Shown piece by piece: positions 1 through 11,002 of a DNA stretch of 33,467 nucleotides. How positions within the stretch are numbered: the first letter of the stretch is position 1; every line of letters starts with the position of its first letter. Under the pieces are notes generated by a model, which saw only the letters and a program-made list of their open reading frames with translations, was not told the DNA's origin and did no database searches. This DNA comes from Planctomycetota bacterium (GTDB taxonomy: Bacteria; Planctomycetota; MHYJ01; WSZJ01). A program made the translations under genes and the position numbers. Location: the NCBI GenBank assembly GCA_038060895.1, contig JBBTCT010000037.1, forward strand, positions 1-33,467. The letters run 5' to 3'.

Positions 1-1151
<1,151 letters not shown>

Positions 1152-1175
1152 AAAAGCCGGCGAAGGAGGTGCCTC

Positions 1176-1391
1176 TTGGAAAAGACGATGAAGCGCTGGT
1201 TTGGCCCGTTCGCGACCGGGGTCTTCCTCGGCCTGCTGACGTTTTTGCCCCTCTGTCCCCCCCTTCATGACTCAGGTTTTTCGCTCGTGCAATCCGTGGG
1301 AGCCATTGTCCTCAGCTCCGTAGTAGTCTCGCTCGGCGCCTGCATCGTTATCGACTGGATTGTCGCTCGGCGCGAACACGGCTCGGGCTAG
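1176..1391 (+). CDS. Small hypothetical membrane protein (two hydrophobic segments)
   Basis: Strong SD (AAGGAGGT) 5 nt before TTG at 1176. Two hydrophobic stretches. Fills the prkA-yeaH gap. Confidence 0.55.
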   Translation: MEKTMKRWFGPFATGVFLGLLTFLPLCPPLHDSGFSLVQSVGAIVLSSVVVSLGACIVIDWIVARREHGSG

Positions 1392-1396
1392 ACACC

Positions 1397-2503
1397 ATGG
1401 TCAAGAAGATCGAAAAAGACTTCTCCCGTTTCCGCGCGATTGTCCGCGGCAGAATCAAGAAGGAGCTGCGGAAGTACATCACGCGCGGCGAGCTCGTCGG
1501 CAAGGTGGGGAAGAACCTCGTTTCGATCCCGATCCCGCAGATCCAGATCCCGCATTTCCGGTACGGCAAGAACGACGGCGGGGGAGTGGGGATGGGGCCG
1601 GGGGAGCCCGGGACGCCGCTGGAGCAGGGCGAGCCCGGCGAGGGCACCGGCGCCGGGGACCAGCCCGGAGACCACCTGCTCGAGGTGGACGTGCCGCTGT
1701 CGGAGCTGGCGAAGATCCTCGGCGAAGAGCTTGAGCTGCCGAACATCAAGCCGAAGGGCTCGCGCACGATTGCGGCGGACAAGGAGAAGTACACGGGCAT
1801 TTCTCGTTCCGGTCCGGAGTCGCTCAGGCACTTCAAGCGCACGTACCGCGAAGCGCTGAAGCGCTCGATCGCGCTCGGCATCTACGACGAGAAGAACCCG
1901 ATCGTCGTTCCGTGGCGCGAGGACAAGCGCTACCGCTCGTGGAAGGTGAGGGAGATCCCGCAGAACAACGCGGTCATCATCTACATGATGGACGTGTCGG
2001 GCTCGATGGGCGACGAGCAGAAGGAGATCGTCCGCATCGAGGCGTTCTGGATCGATACGTGGCTGCGCTCGCAGTACAAGAAGATCGAAACGCGGTACAT
2101 CGTCCACGACGCCGTCGCGCGCGAGGTTGATCACCACACGTTTTTCCACGTGAAGGAATCCGGCGGCACGAAGATCTCCAGCGCGCTCCAGCTGTGCAAC
2201 GACATCATCGAGCGCGACTTCAATGTCCAGGAGTGGAACATTTACCCGTTCCATTTCTCCGACGGCGACAACTGGGGCTCCGAGGACACGCGCCGCTGCA
2301 TCGAGCTGCTCGAGCAGCGGCTCTTCCCGGCCTCGAACGTCTTCTGCTACGGCCAGGTGAAATCCGCGTACGGATCAGGCCAGTTCAAGAAGGACCTCGA
2401 CGAGCGCTTCGGCCAGGAAGACCCCCGCATCATCACCAGCGAGATCAAGGACCGAGAGGGGATCTACGACTCGATCAAGGACTTCCTGGGGAAGGGCAAA
2501 TGA
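1397..2503 (+). CDS. yeaH: YeaH/YhbH (DUF444) vWA-like protein
   Basis: Gly-rich GxGxG...GDQPG segment, [13 protein letters not shown]-like motif, ESGGT and [11 protein letters not shown]. Lies between prkA and spoVR. Confidence 0.92.
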   Translation: MVKKIEKDFSRFRAIVRGRIKKELRKYITRGELVGKVGKNLVSIPIPQIQIPHFRYGKNDGGGVGMGPGEPGTPLEQGEPGEGTGAGDQPGDHLLEVDVPLSELAKILGEELELPNIKPKGSRTIAADKEKYTGISRSGPESLRHFKRTYREALKRSIALGIYDEKNPIVVPWREDKRYRSWKVREIPQNNAVIIYMMDVSGSMGDEQKEIVRIEAFWIDTWLRSQYKKIETRYIVHDAVAREVDHHTFFHVKESGGTKISSALQLCNDIIERDFNVQEWNIYPFHFSDGDNWGSEDTRRCIELLEQRLFPASNVFCYGQVKSAYGSGQFKKDLDERFGQEDPRIITSEIKDREGIYDSIKDFLGKGK

Positions 2504-4032
2504 GCGGGAGCACGCGCGGGATCAAGGGCGGGAATTCGCGCTCGGGCGGGCTGCGCGAGGAGATCTCGAAGTGCGCGTCGAAGATCCGCGAGTATGCGCT
2601 GGGGTACGGGCTGGACCCGTTCGACACGTCATTTGAGCTGATCGACCATGACGAGCTGAACGAAGTGGCGGCGTACGGCGGGTTCCCGACGCGGTATCCG
2701 CACTGGCGGTTCGGGATGCACTACGAGGAGCTGGAAAAGGGATATTCGTTCGGGTTGCAGAAGATCTATGAGCTTGTGATCAACAACGACCCGTGCACGG
2801 CGTACCTCATGAAGTCGAATTCGATGGTGGACCAGAAGCTCGTCATCTCGCACGTGTACGGGCACAGCGACTTTTTCAAGCACAACTACTGGTTCTCGCA
2901 GACGAACCGCAAGATGCTCGACCAGATGGCGAACCACGGGACGCGCCTGCGGCGCTACGTGGAGAAGTTCGGCGAGACGGTCGTGGAGGACTTCCTGGAC
3001 GCGTGCATGTCGATCGAGAACCTGATCGACACCCACTCCGTCTATTCGCCGAAGAAGCGGAAAGTCACCGAGCACGTCGAGGACCTGGAGCGCGACGTGA
3101 CCCCGCGGAAGATCCGGTCCAAGGACTACATGGACCGCTTCATGAATCCCAAGGACTTTGTGGACCGCCAGAAGAAGGCGATCGAGGACGAGATCGCAAA
3201 AAAGAGGAAGCTGCCGGAGCATCCGGAGAAGGACGTGCTGCTGTTCCTGCTCGACAATGCGCCGCTGGACAACTGGCAGCGCGACGTGCTGGCGATCGTG
3301 CGCGAGGAGGCCTACTATTTCGCGCCGCAGGGCATGACCAAGATCATGAACGAGGGGTGGGCCTCGTACTGGCACTCGAAGATCATGACGGAGAAGGTGC
3401 TCTGCGACGCCGAGGTGATCGACTATGCGGAGCACCATGCGGGGACGCTCGGATCGCGCCCCGGCGTGCTGAACCCGTACAAGGTCGGCATCGAGCTCTA
3501 CCGCGAAATCGAGGAGCGCTGGGACAAGGGGCGCTTCGGCTCAGACTGGGAGCGCTGCGACAACATGCAGCAGCGGCGCGAGTGGGACCTGAAGCTGGGG
3601 CTTGGGAAGAAGAAGATCTTCGAAGTCCGGATGATCCACAACGACCTGACGTTTATCGACGAGTTCCTCACGAAGGAATTCTGCGAGAGGCACGAGCTGT
3701 TCGTGTTCCGGCACAATCCGCAGACGAACCGCATGGAAATTGCCGACCGCGAGTTCGCGAAAGTGAAGGAGCAGCTCCTGTTCCGGCTCACGAACAGCGG
3801 TTACCCGATCATCCGCGTCGAGGACGGGAATTTTCGCAACAGGGGAGAGCTCAAGCTGGCGCACCAGCACGCGGGGCTCGACCTGGACGGGAAGGAAGGG
3901 CGGGACACGCTGAGGAACCTGTTCCGGGTCTGGAAGCGGCCGGTGCATATCGAAACGACGGTGGAAGGGGAGAAGAAGCTGATGTCGTTTGATGGGGAGA
4001 AGGTGGCGGAGGAGGCGGTGGAGGAGGAGTAG
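2500..4032 (+). CDS. spoVR: SpoVR/YcgB family protein
   Basis: [47 protein letters not shown] and LNPY motifs. Start placed at ATG 2500, an ATGA overlap with the yeaH stop. Confidence 0.93.
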   Translation: MSGSTRGIKGGNSRSGGLREEISKCASKIREYALGYGLDPFDTSFELIDHDELNEVAAYGGFPTRYPHWRFGMHYEELEKGYSFGLQKIYELVINNDPCTAYLMKSNSMVDQKLVISHVYGHSDFFKHNYWFSQTNRKMLDQMANHGTRLRRYVEKFGETVVEDFLDACMSIENLIDTHSVYSPKKRKVTEHVEDLERDVTPRKIRSKDYMDRFMNPKDFVDRQKKAIEDEIAKKRKLPEHPEKDVLLFLLDNAPLDNWQRDVLAIVREEAYYFAPQGMTKIMNEGWASYWHSKIMTEKVLCDAEVIDYAEHHAGTLGSRPGVLNPYKVGIELYREIEERWDKGRFGSDWERCDNMQQRREWDLKLGLGKKKIFEVRMIHNDLTFIDEFLTKEFCERHELFVFRHNPQTNRMEIADREFAKVKEQLLFRLTNSGYPIIRVEDGNFRNRGELKLAHQHAGLDLDGKEGRDTLRNLFRVWKRPVHIETTVEGEKKLMSFDGEKVAEEAVEEE

Positions 4033-4052
4033 GGGGGAAGGCCACGACAAGT

Positions 4053-4074
4053 CCCAAACCCCAACCCCAACCCC
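4053..4074 (-). repeat. (TTGGGG)n-type G-tract repeat between convergent genes, potential G-quadruplex
   Basis: Minus strand reads GGGG-TT-GGGG-TT-GGGG-TTT-GGG. Confidence 0.5.
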
Positions 4075-4081
4075 AAAACGA

Positions 4082-4849
4082 CTAGCGCTGGTAGTGCTCT
4101 GGGCGGCGATCGCCAAATCTGTCGTTCCGGGTCGCGATTGTCTTTTTCTTCGCCCTTGCCGGGTCGATGTCCACCGTCTTCGCTTCGTCCGCGGCATCTG
4201 CCGCTCGCACCAGGATCTTCCCGTCGGGGGCCGTCACCTGGCTCCGGCCGATGAACTTCAGGCCGCGCTCTTCGCCGTGCCGGTTGCAGGTGATGGCGAA
4301 GACCGCGTTTTCGAGCGAGCGCACCGGCATCGAGTCCGGGCACCAGGGGAGCACGAGGTTGGAGGGGTGGGCGATGATTTCGGCGCCGCGCATCGCGAGC
4401 GTCCGGGCGGCCTCAGGGAAGAACCAGTCGAAGCAGACCATCACGCCGACCTTCGCGCCCGCAACGTCCCAGACCTTGAATCCGGTATCGCCGGGGAGGA
4501 AGAAGTCCTTCTCGTTCTCGAACAGGTGCGTCTTGCGATAGACGCCGATCAGGCCCTTCGAGTCCGCGAGCAGGGCGCTGTTGTAGTTTCCCTCGCGGCT
4601 CTTCTCGGAAAATCCCGCGACCACGGCCGCGCCCGTCTTGCGCGCGATCCGCATCGCCGCTTCCAGCGTCGGCCCCTCGGCCGGCTCGGCGAGTTCCGCG
4701 GCCTGTTCCTTCGACTCGAAGTTGTACCCAGCGGCGCAAAGCTCGGGCAGGACGAGCAGTTCCGCCTGCGGCGCGAGCGATTCCGCCCGTTCGAGATTCC
4801 GTTCGGGGCGGCCCAGGACCGGCGCGAACTGGACGAAGCCGACGCGCAT
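4082..4849 (-). CDS. Carbon-nitrogen hydrolase (nitrilase superfamily)
   Basis: Glu-Lys-Cys triad motifs LVLPE, YRKTHLF and VCFDWFFPE, plus RSLEN. One-base TAATG overlap with the upstream kinase stop. Confidence 0.92.
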   Translation of the reverse strand: MRVGFVQFAPVLGRPERNLERAESLAPQAELLVLPELCAAGYNFESKEQAAELAEPAEGPTLEAAMRIARKTGAAVVAGFSEKSREGNYNSALLADSKGLIGVYRKTHLFENEKDFFLPGDTGFKVWDVAGAKVGVMVCFDWFFPEAARTLAMRGAEIIAHPSNLVLPWCPDSMPVRSLENAVFAITCNRHGEERGLKFIGRSQVTAPDGKILVRAADAADEAKTVDIDPARAKKKTIATRNDRFGDRRPEHYQR

Positions 4850-6963
4850 TACTTTGACCTCTCGAAAACGAGGCGGTCAATCTTGACGCCGGGGCCGCGC
4901 GCGTGGAAAACGAGGTTTCCCGGCTCGGACACCCACGCGTCGTCCACGGCGACGACCTCCTTGTCGTTCACGCTCATGGAAATGTGCTTCCCCTTGAACG
5001 TGACGGCAATGTCAAACAGCACGTCCCCGGCGAGCGGAATTTCCGCGGCCTTGATTTCTTCGGTTTTCGGAAGCGGTTTCGACTGGGTGAGGTGCTGGAT
5101 GACTGCCCGCACGCGGTCCCCGTCCTCGTCCTCGACTCCGGCGACCCATCCGACGCCGGATTCCTGGACCCGGAAGCCGAACCAGGCCTCCGACCGGAGC
5201 GCTTCTTCGATGCGCGGCTTGTTCCCGCCCGGTTTGTCCTTCACGCGCTTGGCGCGCTCGATGAAGCGCATTCGCGCCCTGAGCGTCCCGTCGAGCATGG
5301 CGACTCCGCCCTTGGGAGCGACGAATCCATTGCCCACCAGGAACCCGTTTTCCATCGGGCGCATTCCCCGGGACCAGAGGCGCGTTTCGAGGAAGTCGGC
5401 CTCTCCTTCGCGGCCGTCGAACTCGAAGGTATAGCGTTCCGCGCCGCCGGGCAGGTCGGTCAAGACGCCGGATGCGACGCGTTCGACGTGGATCCGGATC
5501 TGGTCGGCGTGCTGGAGGACATCCGCTTCGATTGACTTGTACGCGGGAGTCTCGGACAACATCCGGAGGGACTTCAAGGCGTCGGTGGCCTGCCGCCACT
5601 CGCGGGCGGCGATGGATTCGGTCAGCGTGCGATAGAGGTCCAGGACCTTCTTGTCCGTCGTCGGGGGATCGGGGGCAGGTCCCGCGCCGACCGCGGGCGT
5701 CGCTTCGGGCGGCCGGGCCGGCGCGGCCGGAACTTCCCTTCGGCTCTTGACCATCGCGACGACGATGACGGCGAAGAGGAGAACGCCGGCGATTCCGGCG
5801 CCGACGAAGAGCAGGCCGCGGGCGGAGGACTCGGGCTGCAGGATGACCTGCGAAAGTCCGCCGGGCGACGGCACGGATGGCAGGCTGCCCGACGAAACGG
5901 GCGTTCCGCCCCTTTCGAGCTCGTCGAGCGCCGCGACTACCGCGGCGCAGTCGGGGAACCGGTCCTCCGGTTTCTTCGCCATCATCTTGCTGATGACGTT
6001 TGCGACGGCTGCGGGGATCTCGGCGTTGATCTCGCGCAGCGGCCGCGGAGCCTCGCTCACGTGCTTCATGATGATCGCGAGCGGCGTGTCGGCGTGGAAC
6101 GGCTTCTTTCCTGATAGCAGGAAGTAGAAGGTGGCGCCGAGCGAATAGACGTCGCTTCGCCCGTCGATCTTCTGCGCCTGCGCCTGTTCGGGCGACATGT
6201 AGTCCGGCGTCCCCATGATCTGGCCGGTCGTCGAGAGCGAGACGTTCGAGTCGAGTGTCCGTGCGAGCCCGAAGTCCGCGACCTTGGCGACGCCGTCTTT
6301 CGCGATCAGGATGTTGTCGGGCTTGATGTCCCGGTGGACGACGCCCGCGGCGTGCGCCGACACCAGCCCGCGGGCCGCATCGCGCACGAATTTCAGCGCT
6401 TCCAGCCAGGGCACCGATCGGCGGCGCGACACGAGCTTCCCGAGCGATTCCCCCTCGACGAACTGCATGACGATGAAGTTATAGCCACCCTCGTTGCCGA
6501 CGTTGAGGACCTGCACGATGTTGGCGTGCTCGAGCTTCGCGGCGGCGCGCGCTTCTCGCTGGAAGCGCTCGAGGGCGGTCGCGTGCGTGGTGAATTCGGG
6601 AGGCAGGATCTTGATCGCGACCTTCTTGTCCAGGCCGATGTGGAGCCCCTCGTAGACGGCCCCCATCCCTCCGCTTCCGATTTTTCGCGAAATCCTGCAT
6701 CCTCCGAGCGAGCGGCCGACAAGCGGGTCGGGCGCTTCGGGACGAAGCGTGTTGGCCGTGGCATCCGCGACGCTGATCGTCGGCGCATTGCTGGCCGGGT
6801 GCATCGCCTTCCCGCACTTCTTGCAGGCCGCGGGCATCCCGGGCTTCCAGCCCACCGCGCGGACTTCGACGCCGCATCCCTCGCAACGCAGGCGCGTCGC
6901 GGGAGCGCGAGGGGGGGCGGACGCTGAAGCGGGGTTGTTCAAGGGGGCGTTGTCAGCAGGCAT
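4849..6963 (-). CDS. Membrane Hanks-type Ser/Thr kinase with N-terminal zinc ribbon and C-terminal extracytoplasmic beta-rich domain
   Basis: CxxC...CxxC, then GSGGMG, VAIK, HRDIKPDN, DFG and GTPDYMSPEQ. TM helix LLFVGAGIAGVLLFAVIVVAMV, a Pro linker and a ConA/DUF1080-like C-terminal strand pattern. Confidence 0.9.
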   Translation of the reverse strand: MPADNAPLNNPASASAPPRAPATRLRCEGCGVEVRAVGWKPGMPAACKKCGKAMHPASNAPTISVADATANTLRPEAPDPLVGRSLGGCRISRKIGSGGMGAVYEGLHIGLDKKVAIKILPPEFTTHATALERFQREARAAAKLEHANIVQVLNVGNEGGYNFIVMQFVEGESLGKLVSRRRSVPWLEALKFVRDAARGLVSAHAAGVVHRDIKPDNILIAKDGVAKVADFGLARTLDSNVSLSTTGQIMGTPDYMSPEQAQAQKIDGRSDVYSLGATFYFLLSGKKPFHADTPLAIIMKHVSEAPRPLREINAEIPAAVANVISKMMAKKPEDRFPDCAAVVAALDELERGGTPVSSGSLPSVPSPGGLSQVILQPESSARGLLFVGAGIAGVLLFAVIVVAMVKSRREVPAAPARPPEATPAVGAGPAPDPPTTDKKVLDLYRTLTESIAAREWRQATDALKSLRMLSETPAYKSIEADVLQHADQIRIHVERVASGVLTDLPGGAERYTFEFDGREGEADFLETRLWSRGMRPMENGFLVGNGFVAPKGGVAMLDGTLRARMRFIERAKRVKDKPGGNKPRIEEALRSEAWFGFRVQESGVGWVAGVEDEDGDRVRAVIQHLTQSKPLPKTEEIKAAEIPLAGDVLFDIAVTFKGKHISMSVNDKEVVAVDDAWVSEPGNLVFHARGPGVKIDRLVFERSK

Positions 6964-7024
6964 GAAATCCTTTCCCTTTTAAACACCCGAAACGCCGCGA
7001 GTTGCGCTTCACAACTCTTTTAGA

Positions 7025-7053
7025 ATTATAGAGATACGGAAATTCCCTTGCAA
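7025..7053 (-). promoter_or_regulatory. Sigma70-type promoter for the kinase-nitrilase operon
   Basis: Minus strand TTGCAA (7053-7048), 17-nt spacer, TATAAT (7030-7025), about 60 nt upstream of ATG 6963. Confidence 0.7.
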
Positions 7054-7104
7054 GCGGCCCCTGCGTCGGGAAGATACACCGCCTCCCGCCCCCGGGATTC
7101 GCCT

Positions 7105-8430
7105 ATGCGCTTACCACTTGTCGCCATCGTCGGCCGTCCAAACGTCGGTAAATCGACGCTCCTGAACGCCCTTACCCGGCGACGGGTGTCGATTGAAGCG
7201 CCGAAGCCGGGGACGACGGTTGATCGCGTGACGGCGGTGGTCGAGCGCGGCGACATCGTTTTCGAGGCGATGGACACGGCGGGGATCGTGGACGAACCGG
7301 ACAGCGAGGTCATGGCGCAGGCTCAGGCGCAGGTGGCCGTCGCGCTGGAGCACGCGGACGCGGTGCTCTTCGTCGTTGACCTGCGCGACGGACTGACGTC
7401 CGCGGACTCGAAGATCGCGGAGCGGCTGCGGCGCGGGAAAGTTCCGGTCGTGGTCGTGGCCAACAAGTGCGACTCCGAGAAGACCGTGGGGCAGGAAGCG
7501 GACTTCTTCCGGTTCGGATTCGGGCAGCCGGTGATCACGAGCGCGCTGACGCGGCGAGGGCTGGACGACCTCGCGGAAGTCGTGCAGGAGAGAATTCCGC
7601 CGGACCGGCGCGCCGGCGCTGTTCCCGATCCGGGGCTGAAGATCGCGATCATCGGGCGCCGCAACGTCGGCAAGTCCACGATGCTCAACAAGTTCGCGGG
7701 GGAGATGCGCGTGGTCGTCTCCCCGATCCCGGGAACGACGCGCGACTCCGTCGACGTGCGCATGGAGATCGACGGGAAGAAATTCACGATCATCGATACC
7801 GCAGGGCTCCGCCGGAAGCGCAACCAGGACGCGATGGACCATTTCGGCCGCGTCCGCACCGAGCGGGCGCTTCGCCGCTGCGAGGTCGTGTTCTTCCTGG
7901 TCGATGCCTCCGAATCGATTTCGATCGTGGACAAGAAGATCGCCCAGGTCATCGTGGACGCGGGCAAGCCCGTGGTGCTCGTCCTGAACAAATGGGACCT
8001 CGCCCAGAAGGCCGGCCGGGAACCCACCGAGTACCAGGAGTACTACGACGAAGTTCTCCCCGGCCTCGCGTTCGCACCGATCGTGTGCGCGAGCGGCAAG
8101 TCGGGCTTCAACCTGCGCGAGTTGCTGAAGCTCGCCGCCGATCTGCACGAGCAGTCCGGCACACGGGTCCCGACTTCGTTCCTCAACCGCCTCGTCGAGG
8201 ATGCCGCGAGCTACCACCAGCCCGCGCGCCGCGGGAAGCTCCCCAAGATCTACTTCGCCAAGCAGACCAAGGTCCACCCTCCCGAGTTCGTCCTCATCGT
8301 CAACAACGTCGATGGCTTCACCGGCGAATACATGCGGTACATTGAGAACCGGCTTCGCGAGAATCTCCCGCTTGCGGAAGTCCCGATCCGGGTGCTGTTC
8401 GAGGCGAAGATGCGAAAGGCCAAATCATGA
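7105..8430 (+). CDS. der: Ribosome biogenesis GTPase Der (EngA)
   Basis: Two G domains (GRPNVGKS/DTAG/NKCD and GRRNVGKS/PGTTRDS/DTAG/NKWD) plus a KH-like C-terminus (PP.F, Y.RYIEN.LRE, VPIR). Start taken at ATG 7105. Confidence 0.95.
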   Translation: MRLPLVAIVGRPNVGKSTLLNALTRRRVSIEAPKPGTTVDRVTAVVERGDIVFEAMDTAGIVDEPDSEVMAQAQAQVAVALEHADAVLFVVDLRDGLTSADSKIAERLRRGKVPVVVVANKCDSEKTVGQEADFFRFGFGQPVITSALTRRGLDDLAEVVQERIPPDRRAGAVPDPGLKIAIIGRRNVGKSTMLNKFAGEMRVVVSPIPGTTRDSVDVRMEIDGKKFTIIDTAGLRRKRNQDAMDHFGRVRTERALRRCEVVFFLVDASESISIVDKKIAQVIVDAGKPVVLVLNKWDLAQKAGREPTEYQEYYDEVLPGLAFAPIVCASGKSGFNLRELLKLAADLHEQSGTRVPTSFLNRLVEDAASYHQPARRGKLPKIYFAKQTKVHPPEFVLIVNNVDGFTGEYMRYIENRLRENLPLAEVPIRVLFEAKMRKAKS

Positions 8431-10010
8431 AGCGATGGCTCGGGTGCGCCGTGATGGCGCTCGTGGTGGCGGGGTGCGGCAAGGGCGCTTCGAAGGAAAA
8501 GGGCCCGCAGCCCCCGGGAGGGTTTGCCGGCGAAGTGCTCGTCTATGCACGCGGCGCCGACTCCAAGAAGCTCGATCCGCAGGCTATCGAAGACGGCGAG
8601 TCGGTCAACGTTGTCACCCAGATCTTCGACACGCTGGTCGCGTTCGAGGCGAAGGGGACGAAGGTCGAGCCGGCTCTTGCGACGTCCTGGACTTCTTCAC
8701 CCGACGGAATGACCTGGACCTTCAAGCTGAGGACAGGGGTTAAATTCCACGACGGAACCGCGTTTGACGCGGCTGCCGTGAAGTCCAATTTCGACCGCTA
8801 CCTGCAGCCGGCGCACCCGCTTCGCGCTGGTCTCACGGAAACGCCGTACGACTTCCTCTACAAGAACATCTCAAAGGTCGAAACTCCGTCGGGCGACACG
8901 GTCGTCTTCACCCTGACGGAAGGAAACGCGACGTTTCTGACCAACATGGCGATGTTCCCGGCCTGCATCTCGAGCCCGGCCGCCATCGCAAAGCACAAGG
9001 AGGCCTACGGGCAGAACCCCGTCGGCACCGGTCCCTTCAGGTTCGTCTCGTGGGAGCCCACCCAGAAAATCGTCCTGGAAGCGAACGTGGAGTACTGGGG
9101 GGGCTCACCGAAGACGAAGAAGGTGATCTATGCGGTCATTGCAGAGAATTCCGTCCGCGTCCAGCGCCTGCGCGCAGGCGAGGTTCATATCATCGACGGC
9201 GTGCCCCCGGGCGAGCTCGATTCGATCCGCGCCGACTCCTCGTGCCGCCTCCTGCTCGAGCCGGGGATGAACTTTTCTTACCTCGCGATCAATTGCGAGA
9301 AGGCTCCGTTCGACCGTCCCGAGGTGCGCCAGGCGATTGCGATGGCCATCGACAAGAAGGAACTCCTCAAGCTGGCCTACCGCGGCATCGGCCAGACGGG
9401 CCCGAATGCGCTTCCTCCCACCATCTGGGGCTACAACGACAAGGTCGCGGATTATCCGTTCGACCCGGTGAAGGCAAAGGCCGCCATCGCCGCGGCCGGG
9501 ATCGCGGGGAAGGAAATCGACTTCTACGTCATGCCGAATCCGCGGGCGTATGTCCCGGATCCCGCGAGCGTCGGCGCGGTTGTGAAGCAGCGGCTCGAGG
9601 CCATCGGGCTGAAGCCGAGGATCGTGAGCCCGGTGTGGGAAGGCGGCGTCTACCTCGGCGAACTCAAACAGGGAAAACACGACATCGCCCTCGTCGGCTG
9701 GATCACCGACAACGGCGACCCGGATAACTTCCTCTTCACGCTGTTCCACTCCACCGCGATCCCCGAACAGAATCACGCGCACTGGAAGTCGAAGGCGTTC
9801 GACACCCTCGTCGTGCAGGCACAGAAGGAGCCGGTGCAGGCGAAGCGCGCCGAGTTCTACGGCCTGGCGCAGGAAGTCATGCGTGGGGAGACGCCGGTCG
9901 TCCCGCTCGCGTACCTGCCGAACATCGCCGCCATTCGCGCCAACGTCGAGGGATACGCGCTTCACCCGATGGGCCTCGTCCGGCTGAAAGACGCCTTCGC
10001 GAAAAAATGA
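8427..10010 (+). CDS. dppA: ABC peptide transporter substrate-binding lipoprotein (SBP family 5)
   Basis: Lipobox VVAGC, P.LATSW, WTFKLR.GVKFHDG, PVGTGPF, VRQAIAMAID and GW..DNGDPDNF. ATGA overlap with der. Confidence 0.9.
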   Translation: MKRWLGCAVMALVVAGCGKGASKEKGPQPPGGFAGEVLVYARGADSKKLDPQAIEDGESVNVVTQIFDTLVAFEAKGTKVEPALATSWTSSPDGMTWTFKLRTGVKFHDGTAFDAAAVKSNFDRYLQPAHPLRAGLTETPYDFLYKNISKVETPSGDTVVFTLTEGNATFLTNMAMFPACISSPAAIAKHKEAYGQNPVGTGPFRFVSWEPTQKIVLEANVEYWGGSPKTKKVIYAVIAENSVRVQRLRAGEVHIIDGVPPGELDSIRADSSCRLLLEPGMNFSYLAINCEKAPFDRPEVRQAIAMAIDKKELLKLAYRGIGQTGPNALPPTIWGYNDKVADYPFDPVKAKAAIAAAGIAGKEIDFYVMPNPRAYVPDPASVGAVVKQRLEAIGLKPRIVSPVWEGGVYLGELKQGKHDIALVGWITDNGDPDNFLFTLFHSTAIPEQNHAHWKSKAFDTLVVQAQKEPVQAKRAEFYGLAQEVMRGETPVVPLAYLPNIAAIRANVEGYALHPMGLVRLKDAFAKK

Positions 10011-11002
10011 GGGCGTTCCTCCTCCGCCGCTTCGCGCTTGCCGTCCCGACGCTCCTGGGCGTGTCGTTCCTCGTGTTCGCGCTGGCGCACGTCGGGGGGG
10101 ATCCGGCGCGGGCGATCGCGGGCGAGAAGGCGCCGGCGGAAACGGTCGAGCGGATCCGGCATGAGTACGGGCTCGACCGGCCCGTGGTCGTCCAGTACGC
10201 GTCGTACATGGGCGGGCTGGCACGGGGAAACTTCGGAAGGTCTTCGCAGACGAAGAGACTTGTCGCCGAGGATCTGAAGCGGCACTTTCCCGCGACGGTG
10301 GAACTGGCCACCGCGGCGCTTCTGCTGGCGGCCCTGTTCGGCATGGCCGCGGGCGTGCTGGCTGCGCTCCGGCCCGGATCGTTCGTAGACCTTGCCGTGA
10401 TGAGCCTGTCGCTCGTCGGCGTGTCGATCCCGGTTTTCTTCCTGGGGATGCTCGCGCTGGTCGCGTTCAAAGGAATGCTTCCCGGAGGCGGGCGGCTCGA
10501 CTTCATGACGGATTTTACCGCCGACCGCACGGGGTTCGTCGTCCTGGACGCGCTTCTCTCGAGCCGCGCTGAAGTCGCCCGTGAGGCCTTGCTTCATCTC
10601 CTGCTCCCGGCCTGCGCGCTGGCCACGATTCCCATGGCCGTCATCGCGCGGCTGACGCGCGCGTCCATGCTCGAGACTCTCTCGAGCGATTACGTGCGGA
10701 CCGCGCGCGCCAAGGGACTTCCCGTCATGGCCGTCGCTCTGCGTCACGCGCTTCGAAATGCGCTCATCCCGATCGTCACGGCCATCGGCCTGCAGTACGG
10801 CACGCTGCTCTCGGGCGCCGTCCTGACCGAGACGGTGTTTTCGTGGCCCGGGATCGGCCGCTACGTGGTCGAGTCGATCAAGGGCAAGGACTTCATCGCA
10901 ATGCAGGGCGCCATCCTCGTCATCGCCACCGCGTTCGTGCTCGTCAACCTGCTCGTGGATGCGCTCTATGGGCGCCTCGATCCGAGGATCTCCCATGCCT
11001 GA
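10007..11002 (+). CDS. dppB: ABC peptide transporter permease DppB/OppB
   Basis: GDPA, YGLDRP..VQY, FPATVELA, EAA-like loop DYVRTARAKGL, HALRNA, ETVFSWPGIG and LDPRI. Confidence 0.92.
   Translation: MRAFLLRRFALAVPTLLGVSFLVFALAHVGGDPARAIAGEKAPAETVERIRHEYGLDRPVVVQYASYMGGLARGNFGRSSQTKRLVAEDLKRHFPATVELATAALLLAALFGMAAGVLAALRPGSFVDLAVMSLSLVGVSIPVFFLGMLALVAFKGMLPGGGRLDFMTDFTADRTGFVVLDALLSSRAEVAREALLHLLLPACALATIPMAVIARLTRASMLETLSSDYVRTARAKGLPVMAVALRHALRNALIPIVTAIGLQYGTLLSGAVLTETVFSWPGIGRYVVESIKGKDFIAMQGAILVIATAFVLVNLLVDALYGRLDPRISHA

Noticed and set aside
2194-2499. N-terminal extension of the SpoVR ORF in the ORF track
   Set aside because: It overlaps yeaH in another frame and is Arg-rich shadow sequence. 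ATG 2500 with an ATGA overlap is the better start.
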